Below are positions 7,743-16,849 of a stretch of 64,000 nucleotides of DNA, in pieces. The stretch lies in the NCBI GenBank assembly GCA_022821065.1, contig JAJEEK010000007.1:4487-68486 (forward strand), in the 5' to 3' direction. The position numbers were made by a program, and so were the translations under genes. This stretch comes from Candidatus Poribacteria bacterium. GTDB lineage: Bacteria; Poribacteria; WGA-4E; WGA-3G. Within the stretch, counting starts at the first letter, position 1; every line of letters starts with the position of its first letter. The notes beneath the pieces were generated by a model. That model had not been told where the DNA came from. It made no database searches and saw only the letters and a program-made list of their open reading frames with translations.

Positions 7743-8790
7743 GTGTTAGTTGTCGTCGTAGATAAGAATCAACACCCCCTCATGCCTACCAAGCCTTCAC
7801 GGGCAAGGCGTTGGATAAAATCAGGCAAGGCAACACCGTTTTGGAACAACGGCATCTTCTGCGTCCGATTAAACGTTGACCCATCGGACACTGAGTTCCA
7901 AGATATTGCTGTCGGTATAGACCCCGGTAGTAAGAAAGAAGGGATTACTGTTAAGTCAGAGAAGCATACCTACTTGAATGTGCAGGCAGAGGCTCACAGC
8001 AAAGTGGGTAAGAAAGTTGAAAAACGTCGTGAGTTGCGGAGAAGCAGACGCTCTCGGAAATGCCCGAATCGCAAGAACAGAACGAATCGTAACGCAGGCA
8101 AAGCGAAGCTACCGGCAGGGACGCGTGCGAGGTGGGATTGGAAACTTCGTATCCTTGAGTGGCTTTCAAAGTTGTATCCCGTCACACACGTCTGTGTAGA
8201 GGATATTAAGGCACGCACCATAGAACGTGCCAAGAAATGGAATCAATCGTTTAGTCCACTTGAAGTCGGTAAGCAGTGGTTCTATACCGAAATCCGAAAG
8301 CAGTGGCAGTTGCGAACCCTTCAAGGGTGGCAAACCAAAGAGATACGCGATCAGTTAGGACTCAAGAAGTCGTCAGAGAAGAAGTCAGAAACCTTTGCCG
8401 CACATTGTGTAGATTCTTGGTGTCTGGCACATCACGTTGTAGGCGGTTGTGTTTTGGACAACACAGACTTATTCTGTATATCACCGATACCGATCGTCAG
8501 ACGTCAACTCCATAGGCAGAATCCCCAGAAAGGTGGCAAACGCTCCCGATACGGCGGCACTGTTCTCGGGGATGGACTTATCAAAAATACGTTGATAAAG
8601 CACGTCAAATACGGTTTGACCCGTCTTGCGGGTGTCAACGCAAAAGGTAGATATTCCATCTACACTTTAGACGGTATACGACTGACAACACATGCAAAAC
8701 GTAACACGTTTAATGTGCTAACACGCCTCAACTTCAACTATAGGAGCGGGATTTCCTCCCCGTCTTAAAAGGCGAGGTTTCCATCCCGAA
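7523..8790 (+). mobile_element. Non-autonomous IS200/IS605-like element carrying isrB (no tnpA); boundaries approximate
   Basis: Near-identical subterminal hairpin motifs ccccgtcCtaaaGggcgagg (7544-7563) and ccccgtcTtaaaAggcgagg (8758-8777) lie on the same strand. The element is inserted between trpB and a HEAT-repeat gene. No Y1 transposase is present in the window. Confidence 0.5.
7743..8768 (+). CDS. isrB: IsrB-type OMEGA RNA-guided RuvC nickase (IscB homolog lacking the HNH insert)
   Basis: 341 aa, GTG start 8 nt after aaagagg. N-terminal PLMP domain (VDKNQHPLMPTKPSRARRWIKSGKA), RuvC-I VGIDPGSKKEG (D60), Arg-rich bridge helix RRELRRSRRSRK (RRXRR), RuvC-II VCVEDIK (E153), RuvC-III AAHCVDSW (H221/D224). 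Only about 60 aa separate RuvC-II and RuvC-III, with no HNH or Cys4 motif. Confidence 0.8.
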   Translation: MLVVVVDKNQHPLMPTKPSRARRWIKSGKATPFWNNGIFCVRLNVDPSDTEFQDIAVGIDPGSKKEGITVKSEKHTYLNVQAEAHSKVGKKVEKRRELRRSRRSRKCPNRKNRTNRNAGKAKLPAGTRARWDWKLRILEWLSKLYPVTHVCVEDIKARTIERAKKWNQSFSPLEVGKQWFYTEIRKQWQLRTLQGWQTKEIRDQLGLKKSSEKKSETFAAHCVDSWCLAHHVVGGCVLDNTDLFCISPIPIVRRQLHRQNPQKGGKRSRYGGTVLGDGLIKNTLIKHVKYGLTRLAGVNAKGRYSIYTLDGIRLTTHAKRNTFNVLTRLNFNYRSGISSPS

Positions 8791-8797
8791 GAATTCG

Positions 8798-9412
8798 ATG
8801 ACCAGCGAAACCGCAGGCTCTGCCTCAAACCAGTCGCCCCAGCAAAAAGTTCGTAAGTTCATCGGTTGGATCCTACATCGAGACGGTCCCGTTCGGAACT
8901 GGCGGTACATCCCGACACACGTGTTGCTGCGAAAACTACGGTCAGAATCCGCTGAGATGCGTGCCTATGCAGCCGAAGGATTAGGAGGTATCGGCGATGG
9001 GCATGCAGTTGTCCCGCTCATCAACGCCTTAACCGATACCAACTCCACCGTCCGCCGCTTTGCCATCTCCTCGCTCGGAAAAATCCGAGACGCACGCGCC
9101 GTTGATGTCCTGATCCCGTTCCTACAAGATGAGGAAGCAGACATGCGATGCGCCGCCGCCGTCGCTCTCGGAGAATTAGGTCTCAGCGGAGACCGGTTTT
9201 CAACGCCACCGACCCAGATTATAGAAGCACTCATACACAGCATAACAGACAGTGACAGGGGTGTCTCCGCCGCCGCGATTGTCGCTTTAGGTAGAATCGG
9301 GAACCCGCAAGCCGTCTCCGCACTCAAAGCACTCGAAGATACCACCGAAAGCGAATGGATCCGCCGATACATAAGCGAAGCACTCCATCAAATCGAAGAA
9401 CAGAACGCTTAA
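8798..9412 (+). CDS. HEAT-repeat (PBS-lyase-type) protein
   Basis: Repeated units of the type RAYAAEGLGGIGDGHAVVPLINAL.D.NSTVRRFAISSLGKIRDARAV. The start is uncertain because no SD is visible. Confidence 0.7.
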   Translation: MTSETAGSASNQSPQQKVRKFIGWILHRDGPVRNWRYIPTHVLLRKLRSESAEMRAYAAEGLGGIGDGHAVVPLINALTDTNSTVRRFAISSLGKIRDARAVDVLIPFLQDEEADMRCAAAVALGELGLSGDRFSTPPTQIIEALIHSITDSDRGVSAAAIVALGRIGNPQAVSALKALEDTTESEWIRRYISEALHQIEEQNA

Positions 9413-9430
9413 AAGAATTGGGAGAAACCA

Positions 9431-9697
9431 ATGGATCGTGAACAATACCTACTCACCGGCGATGAAGAATACGAGGATGTCTATGACGAATACGAGTTTT
9501 TAGCCGCGCAGGAAGTGGAGGAGCAAGAAGGCGCGATTATCCAGACAGAAAATGGGGCCAAAGCCTCTGTATGGTTAACCGAAGACGAAACCGAAATCGT
9601 CTTAGACTTGGCTGAGGCACACGGTGTTCCACCCAGAGACCTGATTCAAGAATGGGTTGTCGAACGCATTAAGGCATCCACAAAACAGACGACTTAA
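9431..9697 (+). CDS. Small acidic protein with C-terminal ribbon-helix-helix-like segment (hypothetical)
   Basis: 88 aa with ggagaaacc RBS. The C-terminus SVWLTEDETEIVLDLAEAHGVPPRDLIQEWVVERI has a beta-alpha-alpha pattern. Confidence 0.45.
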   Translation: MDREQYLLTGDEEYEDVYDEYEFLAAQEVEEQEGAIIQTENGAKASVWLTEDETEIVLDLAEAHGVPPRDLIQEWVVERIKASTKQTT

Positions 9698-9733
9698 CAG
9701 CCGGATACCCGTCCTTGACAAAACTATAACTAA

Positions 9734-9777
9734 CAAGCAAGCGACTTGATCGAATTTTCCTTTTTGCTTGCTTTTTA
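9734..9777 (+). terminator. Possible intrinsic terminator
   Basis: aagcaagc (9734-9741) and gcttgctt (9765-9772) form a stem followed by a ttt run. The loop is long, so the call is weak. Confidence 0.3.
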
Positions 9778-9802
9778 CAACTGAATCTTTTATAATAGTT
9801 GT

Positions 9803-9923
9803 AGAACTTACGCAGGCGGTTCTTTATGTACCACAAACTGTTAGTTTGTGAAATAAAAATACTGGATTTTGCGAAAAAAAGTCATCTAACAGAACGATTT
9901 GCATCCAAAATTGCGTAAGTCCT
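9803..9923. repeat. MITE-like 120-bp element, copy 2
   Basis: agaacttacgca...tgcgtaagtcct termini and the same internal cacaaactgttagtttgtg hairpin. Located upstream of era. Confidence 0.8.
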
Positions 9924-9996
9924 AAATTGTTGACTCTAAAAATGGGTTCTGATTTCATCAGCACGTGCTACGATAACCTACCTACCAACAATAACT

Positions 9997-10914
9997 ATGA
10001 ACGAAATCCAAAACTTCAAATCTGGCTACGTCAGTATTATCGGTGCCCCAAACGTCGGGAAATCGACGCTCCTGAACACCATTCTCGGGCAGAAATTAGC
10101 CATCGTCACCCCGAAACCGCAGACGACGCGGAACCAGATACGCGGCATCCACACCACCGACACCTGTCAGATTATTTTCGTTGATACCCCCGGACTGATG
10201 AACCCCAAATACCGCCTACAAAGCGAAATGGTCAGGACCGCATACGGTGCGCTCGGAGATGCCGATCTCGTACTTTTCGTCGTTGACGCAGCGCACCGAG
10301 ACCCAGACATCGAGGACACGATCCTAAAACGTCTCAAGCGCACCAAACAGACGACAATCCTCGCACTCAATAAGGTAGACCTCGTCGATAAACCGACCCT
10401 ACTCCCGCTCTTGGAGGACTACAGCCAAAAATTTGAATTCGCACACATCATTCCGATCTCTGCCCTAAATGCTGATGGGGTCTCGGTACTGCTTGAGCAG
10501 ATCGAAGGCTACTTACCGCCAGGACCGCTCTATTTTCCAGAGGATCAACTCAGCGATCTCCCAGAACGTTTTTTTATCGCTGAAACCGTCCGTGAAAAAA
10601 TTATGATCCTGACGAAACGTGAGATTCCCTACGCATCCGCTGTCGTCATTGAAGAATTTGAGAAACGCCAGACAAATAAATCGGAAGAAATTATCTATAT
10701 CCGTGCCATCATCTATGCGGAACGACAAACACAGAAGCAAATTATTATCGGTAAAAGCGGCAAGTTAATCAAACGCATCGGTCAACTTGCGCGACCTGAT
10801 ATCGAAAAATTCTTGGATACCCGCGTCTTTTTAGAACTGTATGTAACGGTCAAAGCCGACTGGCGCAGAGACATCCGTCAACTCAAAGAATTAGGCGGAT
10901 TTATGGATATTTGA
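9997..10914 (+). CDS. era: GTPase Era
   Basis: G1 GAPNVGKST, G3 DTPG, G4 NKVD, and a C-terminal KH domain (IIIGKSGKLIKRIG). Confidence 0.95.
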   Translation: MNEIQNFKSGYVSIIGAPNVGKSTLLNTILGQKLAIVTPKPQTTRNQIRGIHTTDTCQIIFVDTPGLMNPKYRLQSEMVRTAYGALGDADLVLFVVDAAHRDPDIEDTILKRLKRTKQTTILALNKVDLVDKPTLLPLLEDYSQKFEFAHIIPISALNADGVSVLLEQIEGYLPPGPLYFPEDQLSDLPERFFIAETVREKIMILTKREIPYASAVVIEEFEKRQTNKSEEIIYIRAIIYAERQTQKQIIIGKSGKLIKRIGQLARPDIEKFLDTRVFLELYVTVKADWRRDIRQLKELGGFMDI

Positions 10915-10946
10915 CTTCGTTCTTGGAAATAAAAAACTTGAAAGGA

Positions 10947-11030
10947 GTTAACAGTAGCCAGTAGCCAGTTAACTTAATGAATCAGATTGCTCTCTTAACT
11001 GGTAACTCGTAACTGCAAACTGGTAACTGC
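10947..11030. repeat. Heptamer-armed quasi-palindromic hairpin element (H1)
   Basis: Left arm cagtagc cagtagc cagttaac. Right arm cttaactggtaactcgtaactgcaaactggtaactgc. Lies between era and uvrA. Confidence 0.75.
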
Positions 11031-11038
11031 AAAAAAAA

Positions 11039-14000
11039 ATGATAGAAGAGTCAATTCACGTACAAGGTGCGCGAGAACACAACCTACGCAATATTGACAT
11101 CCAACTGCCAAAAGATAAACTCATCGTCTTCACCGGCGTTAGCGGTTCAGGGAAATCTTCACTGGCTATTGATACCGTTTATGCTGAGGGGCAACGGCGA
11201 TACATCGAATCTCTATCCGCTTATGCCCGTCAATTTTTAGGGCAACTCGGAAAACCAGACGTAGACGAAATTATCGGACTCTCACCTTCTATCGCTATTA
11301 GCCAAGGGTCAACAGGACATAACCCGCGCTCCACCGTCGCTACCGTAACCGAGATTTATGACTATCTCCGTGTCCTCTATGCCCGCGTTGGGCAATTCCA
11401 TTGTGTTGAATGCGGAAGTGAAATCGGTTCACAAACCGAAGCGGATATAATTAAGGCACTCCTCGACTATCCTGACCGTACAAGGCTCATCGTCTTAGCA
11501 CCCATCGCCAGAGGCACCCGCGGCGCACACCAAAAAGAATTTGAGGACCTCCGAAAAGCCGGGTTCGCAAGATTAAGAGTGGATGGCGAGATACACGAAC
11601 TGCGCCCCGGTTTCGCTCTCAGCCCAAATCAACGCCACGATATTGATCTCGTCATTGACCGGATCGTCATTAAAGAGGGAATTGAGGCGCGGGTCACCCA
11701 AGCCGTAGACACAGCACTTTCGCGTGGGGACGGTATCATGCTCGTTCAAACGGTTTCGGATGCAAGCGAAGCATCGCCATTCCTGCCAGAGGAAGATGAC
11801 CGCATCTTTAGTAAAAACTATACCTGTTTAGAATGCGGGATTAGTTTCGTAAAACCGGAACCACGTCATTTTTCTTTCAACAACCCTGATGGGATGTGTG
11901 AAAAATGCAGGGGTTTAGGCGTACAGATGGGTATCTCACCGCAGCGAATCGTCTCTGATGGAACGCTCTCTATCATGAAGGGAGCAATCACCCTCTGGGG
12001 ACCCCTCAACAAACAGAAGCGCACCACAGAAAAAGCCATCGCTGAAGCCGTCGGAAAACACCTCGGATTTGACATCAAGACACCTTGGAACGAACTCACA
12101 CAGGAACAGCAAGACGCTATCCTTTACGGCACCGGTGACGCTGTCCTCACAATTACGGTCCCAAGCACAAGTGGACACAAAAGACGAAAACAGCGACGAC
12201 GACATCGTGTCCATTTTCACGGTATCATTCCAGCCGAAGAACAGAAATACTATTTTGAAGATAGTGCTGAGGTTTCCGACGAAGACAACTTTCCTGACCA
12301 TTTCGTCAAAATGCAGTGTAGGGAATGCGACGGCACCCGGCTAAACTCGTGGATAAAGTCCGTAACGGTAGCGGATACACCGATAACCGACATCCTCGAA
12401 ATGTCTATTCAGGACGCAACCGAATTCTTTAATAAAGTAACACTCCCAGAACGTGAAGCATTCATCGCCAAGGAACTCCTGAAGGAGATTCGAGGCAGAC
12501 TCGGTTTCCTTATGGGAGTAGGATTGGGGTACTTGACGCTTGCGCGTCCGGCACCGACACTCTCCGGCGGCGAAGCACAGCGCATCCGTCTCGCCAGCCA
12601 AGTCGGCGCAGGGTTACGTGATGTCACTTATGTCCTCGATGAACCAAGCATCGGATTACACCCGCGCGACCACGCCGGACTCCTCACAACGCTCCTAAAT
12701 CTAAGGAACCAAGGCAACACCGTTATTGTTGTTGAACACGATGAAGCAACGATGTTAGTCGCCGATTGGATCGTCGATTTCGGGCCCGGCGCAGGGATTA
12801 AAGGCGGGAAGATAACTGACATCGGAACACCCGCACAGTTCATCAAGGAGAGCAACTCACTTACGGCACAATATCTCCGCGGCGATAAAGTGATCGTCCA
12901 ACCCGAATCGCGGCGTCCCGCAGGAGATAGATGGATACAGATCTGCAACGCACGGCAAAACAACCTTAAAGAGATTAGTCCGAAAATACCGATCGGGACC
13001 CTCTGCTGTGTAACAGGGGTCAGCGGTTCCGGAAAGAGTTCCTTAATCCACGATATTCTCTACAACGCACTCGCTCGCGACCTCATGAAGGCGAAGACTG
13101 TACCCGGAGACTATGACGAAATCCGAGGGGTCATTGAAGACAAAAACGTTCCTATTTCTGATGTCATTGACAAAATTATCAATATCAACATGGCACCCAT
13201 CGGACGAACACCACGTTCTAACGCCGCAACCTACACAAAGGTGTTCGATGCGATTCGGGCACTCTATGCTGGCTTGCCTGACGCGAAACTACGCGGCTAT
13301 AAACCCGGACGCTTCAGCTTCAATGTTAGCGGCGGTAGATGTGAAGCCTGCAACGGCAACGGCGCGAAAAAGGTCGATATGGGACTGCTCTCCGATGTCT
13401 GGGTAGAATGCGAAGTCTGCGAAGGGAAACGCTTCAACAGCGAAACGCTCAGCATAAAATATAAAGACAAAAGCATCTCTGAAGTCCTCGAAATGGATAT
13501 TGATGCCGCACTCGAACATTTCGCCGATATCCCGAGAGTCGCAAGAGGGTTACAACTCCTCCACGATGTCGGTCTCGATTACATTAAACTCGGACAACCC
13601 GCACCGACACTCTCCGGCGGTGAGGCACAACGCATTAAACTTTCAAAAGAACTCTCCAAACGCGGAACCGGTAAAACACTCTATATCCTTGATGAACCGA
13701 CAACAGGGCTACATTTCGACGACGTAAATAAACTGTTGACGATCCTTCACAGACTCGTTGACGATGGTAATACCGTTGTCGTCGTTGAGCATAACCTTGA
13801 GGTTATCAATTCCGCAGACTATCTGATCGACTTGGGACCAGAAGGCGGTGTCGGCGGCGGAACAATCGTCGCTACAGGCACACCAGAGCAGATCGCTGAA
13901 ACCCCAGAATCTTACACCGGACAAGCACTCCGCGGCGATTTCGATATCTGGAGAGACGCGAAGCGACGACTCATGAAACCCGAACTCGCAGACATCTTCG

Positions 14001-16849
14001 GACAGGAACAAGACAGACGGACAGCAATCGCTGTGCAAGGGGCAACAGAAAATAATCTCAAGAATGTCGATATCGACATCCCGCATCGTAAAATGACAGC
14101 GTTGACGGGCGTCAGCGGCTCCGGAAAAACATCACTTGCACTCGACACCATCTACGCCGAAGGGCAGCGCCGTTACATTGAGACCCTTAGCACTTACGCA
14201 CGCCAGTTTATAGGGCAGATGGAGAAACCGAAGGTCTCGAAAATTGAGGGACTTTCACCCGCAATCGCTATTTCGCATGCAAACGCAGGGCAAAACCCGC
14301 GCTCAACAGTCGCAACGATCACCGAAATTCACGACGGACTCCGAACGCTTTATGCCAGATGGGGCAAACCCTACTGTCCAGATTGCCGCGAAGAGGTCCG
14401 ACCACAGAGCGCAGAGGAAATTGCAGAGAAGGCTTTTGAACTATTCCGCGATAAGCGAGTGGATGTTCTCGCGCCGCTCACAAACTTTATGCTACTTCCA
14501 GATGCTCAGGAAGGGGCAGTCCGCGGTAAAATGATTGACATCAACGCCAGCGAATCCGCATACGGGTTGAAAGGCAATGAAGATTACGCCGATCTCTTCA
14601 GCCGGTTGCAGAGAGCAGGCTTCGCACGCATCCAAATTGATAACGAAATTCATCGACTTGACGAAGCACCCAGACTGAGTAAAATCATCCGACATGAAAT
14701 CTTCATCGTCATTGATCGCGTTGAACTTGTTGACGAGGAAAAGAGCCGGTTTACTGAGGCAGTCGAGTTGGCACTCGTCCAAAGTGGCGGGTTCGTACTT
14801 CTCCAAGAGACCAGAGAAGCCATCGGCAAAGAGGTTTCCGAAAGCCGAAAGCCGAAAGCCGAAAGCCGAAAGCCGAAAGCCGAAATTAAAAAGTTCTTCA
14901 GCGAACACGCCATGTGCGCTTCTTGTGGTAACAATTTCGGACAACTCACACCACGCCACTTCTCCTTTAACAACAAAATCGGCGCATGTGATGTTTGTGA
15001 CGGACGTGGGATGAATATACACCCGCCTTATGATCGATGTCGCCATTGTCACGGCACACGCTTGAAATCGTTCCCAAGTTGCGTCATGTTTGAGGACACA
15101 ACTATCTCCGAATTGATGGAGATGTCTATTACCGAAACCATCGAATTCTTTAACACACGGCTGGCACAGATTGAAACGTCAGTCTCATCTCCTGTGGGTG
15201 CTGACGGTTCCCGAAGCGGTGAAGACGATCTCGCTGCGGCGAAAGGTGTGGCTACCTCCAGGGCAACGCATCCTGCACTCCATATTCATACCTCGCCTGA
15301 GTTTGAAGCCGAAGTCCTTCACCAAATTCGGATACGCCTGCAGTTCTTAGAAGACATTGGTCTCGGCTATCTCGCATTGGATCGCGGGGCACCGACACTC
15401 TCCGGCGGTGAAATGCGTAGGATTCAACTCGCAAGCCAACTCGGGAGCGGTCTTACTGGCGTAACCTACATCCTTGACGAACCGAGTATCGGATTGCACC
15501 CACGCGACCAAGAACGCCTCATTTCCGCACTTAAGGAACTTCGGGACATCGGCAATAGTGTCCTCGTTGTCGAACACGATCGAGACACAATATTAGCCGC
15601 CGATCACGTCATCGACTTCGGCCCTAACGCAGGCAAAGGCGGCGGTGAGGTCATCGCGACCGGCGCACCGGAAATCTTCACGCACAAACCGCCTGATACA
15701 GAGGAATCGTCCGTCAAATCATTGACGCAGGCATACCTCTCTAATGAAGTAGATATACCGGTTCCCAAGACTCGACGCGAAGGCACAGGTAAACAACTCG
15801 CGTTATACGGAGCAAAAACGAACAACCTCAAGGATATCGATGTTAAGATCCCACTCGGAACACTTACCTGTGTAACCGGTGTTTCAGGGTGCGGAAAGAG
15901 CTCGCTTGTTGAAGGCACCCTAAAACCAGCACTCGAAAGCAGTAACGCTATCAAAGCCGACGGTGCCAGAGACCGCCTCCATACTCACTATATCAGAGAT
16001 AGCAGGCCTGAACCCGTGCCTAACGATTATGGGACACCGGAGTATCGGAGCATCCGTGGCGTCAGTCATATTAAACGTCTCATCAATGTTGACCAGAAAG
16101 CGATCGGCGAAACACCGCGCTCCAATCCGGCAACCTACACCGACCTCTTCACGAAAATTCGGGAACTCTTCGCTGAGCAAAACGACGCAAAGATGCGAGG
16201 TTTCGGTATCGGGATGTTCAGTTTCAACCTCGCTTCGGGACAGTGCCATGTCTGTGAAGGACACCGTTTCAACCGCGTCGAAATGCATTTCCTACCCGAT
16301 GTATGGATGCCGTGTGAAGCATGTAATAGCACCGGTTATAGTCAGGATACCCTCGAAATCCGATATAACGATAAGAATATCGCTGAAGTTTTGGATATGA
16401 CGGTAGATGAGGCACTCGAATTTTTCAGCGATGACTCGCGTATCTGTCGGACGCTCCAGATGTTAGCAGATGTCGGACTCGGCTATATCCAACTCGGACA
16501 ATCCGCACCGACGCTCTCCGGTGGCGAAGCGCAGCGCGTCAAACTCGCGAAAGAGTTGGCACGGCGTACAACCGGTTCAACGCTCTATATCATGGACGAA
16601 CCGACGACCGGACTCCATTTTGACGACATCCAAAAACTCCTCAAAGTCCTCAACCGTCTCGTCGATGCAGGCAACACAATCATCGCCGTGGAACACAACA
16701 TTGATGTCATCAAGTCTGCCGATTGGGTCATCGACCTGGGACCGGAGGGCAGCAAGAACGGCGGAGAAGTCGTCGCTATGGGCACGCCAGAAGATGTCGC
16801 AAAAGTCCAAGAATCCCATACCGCTCGTTTCCTACGCGAGGTATTATAG
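11039..16849 (+). CDS. uvrA: Tandem-fused double UvrA (two complete excinuclease ABC subunit A units in one 1936-aa polypeptide)
   Basis: Four Walker A sites (GVSGSGKSS x2, GVSGSGKTS, GVSGCGKSS). Two copies of the N-terminal signature NL(R/K)N(I/V)DI..P......TGVSGSGK.SLA.DT.YAEGQRRY, at residue 1 and at about residue 990. Four LSGGE signatures and duplicated zinc modules. The frame is uninterrupted. Confidence 0.9.
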   Translation: MIEESIHVQGAREHNLRNIDIQLPKDKLIVFTGVSGSGKSSLAIDTVYAEGQRRYIESLSAYARQFLGQLGKPDVDEIIGLSPSIAISQGSTGHNPRSTVATVTEIYDYLRVLYARVGQFHCVECGSEIGSQTEADIIKALLDYPDRTRLIVLAPIARGTRGAHQKEFEDLRKAGFARLRVDGEIHELRPGFALSPNQRHDIDLVIDRIVIKEGIEARVTQAVDTALSRGDGIMLVQTVSDASEASPFLPEEDDRIFSKNYTCLECGISFVKPEPRHFSFNNPDGMCEKCRGLGVQMGISPQRIVSDGTLSIMKGAITLWGPLNKQKRTTEKAIAEAVGKHLGFDIKTPWNELTQEQQDAILYGTGDAVLTITVPSTSGHKRRKQRRRHRVHFHGIIPAEEQKYYFEDSAEVSDEDNFPDHFVKMQCRECDGTRLNSWIKSVTVADTPITDILEMSIQDATEFFNKVTLPEREAFIAKELLKEIRGRLGFLMGVGLGYLTLARPAPTLSGGEAQRIRLASQVGAGLRDVTYVLDEPSIGLHPRDHAGLLTTLLNLRNQGNTVIVVEHDEATMLVADWIVDFGPGAGIKGGKITDIGTPAQFIKESNSLTAQYLRGDKVIVQPESRRPAGDRWIQICNARQNNLKEISPKIPIGTLCCVTGVSGSGKSSLIHDILYNALARDLMKAKTVPGDYDEIRGVIEDKNVPISDVIDKIININMAPIGRTPRSNAATYTKVFDAIRALYAGLPDAKLRGYKPGRFSFNVSGGRCEACNGNGAKKVDMGLLSDVWVECEVCEGKRFNSETLSIKYKDKSISEVLEMDIDAALEHFADIPRVARGLQLLHDVGLDYIKLGQPAPTLSGGEAQRIKLSKELSKRGTGKTLYILDEPTTGLHFDDVNKLLTILHRLVDDGNTVVVVEHNLEVINSADYLIDLGPEGGVGGGTIVATGTPEQIAETPESYTGQALRGDFDIWRDAKRRLMKPELADIFGQEQDRRTAIAVQGATENNLKNVDIDIPHRKMTALTGVSGSGKTSLALDTIYAEGQRRYIETLSTYARQFIGQMEKPKVSKIEGLSPAIAISHANAGQNPRSTVATITEIHDGLRTLYARWGKPYCPDCREEVRPQSAEEIAEKAFELFRDKRVDVLAPLTNFMLLPDAQEGAVRGKMIDINASESAYGLKGNEDYADLFSRLQRAGFARIQIDNEIHRLDEAPRLSKIIRHEIFIVIDRVELVDEEKSRFTEAVELALVQSGGFVLLQETREAIGKEVSESRKPKAESRKPKAEIKKFFSEHAMCASCGNNFGQLTPRHFSFNNKIGACDVCDGRGMNIHPPYDRCRHCHGTRLKSFPSCVMFEDTTISELMEMSITETIEFFNTRLAQIETSVSSPVGADGSRSGEDDLAAAKGVATSRATHPALHIHTSPEFEAEVLHQIRIRLQFLEDIGLGYLALDRGAPTLSGGEMRRIQLASQLGSGLTGVTYILDEPSIGLHPRDQERLISALKELRDIGNSVLVVEHDRDTILAADHVIDFGPNAGKGGGEVIATGAPEIFTHKPPDTEESSVKSLTQAYLSNEVDIPVPKTRREGTGKQLALYGAKTNNLKDIDVKIPLGTLTCVTGVSGCGKSSLVEGTLKPALESSNAIKADGARDRLHTHYIRDSRPEPVPNDYGTPEYRSIRGVSHIKRLINVDQKAIGETPRSNPATYTDLFTKIRELFAEQNDAKMRGFGIGMFSFNLASGQCHVCEGHRFNRVEMHFLPDVWMPCEACNSTGYSQDTLEIRYNDKNIAEVLDMTVDEALEFFSDDSRICRTLQMLADVGLGYIQLGQSAPTLSGGEAQRVKLAKELARRTTGSTLYIMDEPTTGLHFDDIQKLLKVLNRLVDAGNTIIAVEHNIDVIKSADWVIDLGPEGSKNGGEVVAMGTPEDVAKVQESHTARFLREVL
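14838..14886 (+). repeat. Heptanucleotide microsatellite (CCGAAAG x6 plus CCGAAAT) inside the second UvrA unit
   Basis: Six perfect 7-nt units at 14838-14879, then one imperfect unit. They are translated as SRKPKAE SRKPKAE. Confidence 0.95.

Noticed and set aside
7743-8768. Alternative identities for the 341-aa ORF: IscB, TnpB, or a standalone RuvC/HNH endonuclease.
   Set aside because: No HNH or Cys4 insert is present between RuvC-II and RuvC-III, so it is not IscB. The PLMP N-terminus and RRXRR bridge helix are not TnpB features. In addition, TnpB guide RNA lies 3' of the ORF, whereas here the structured region is 5'.
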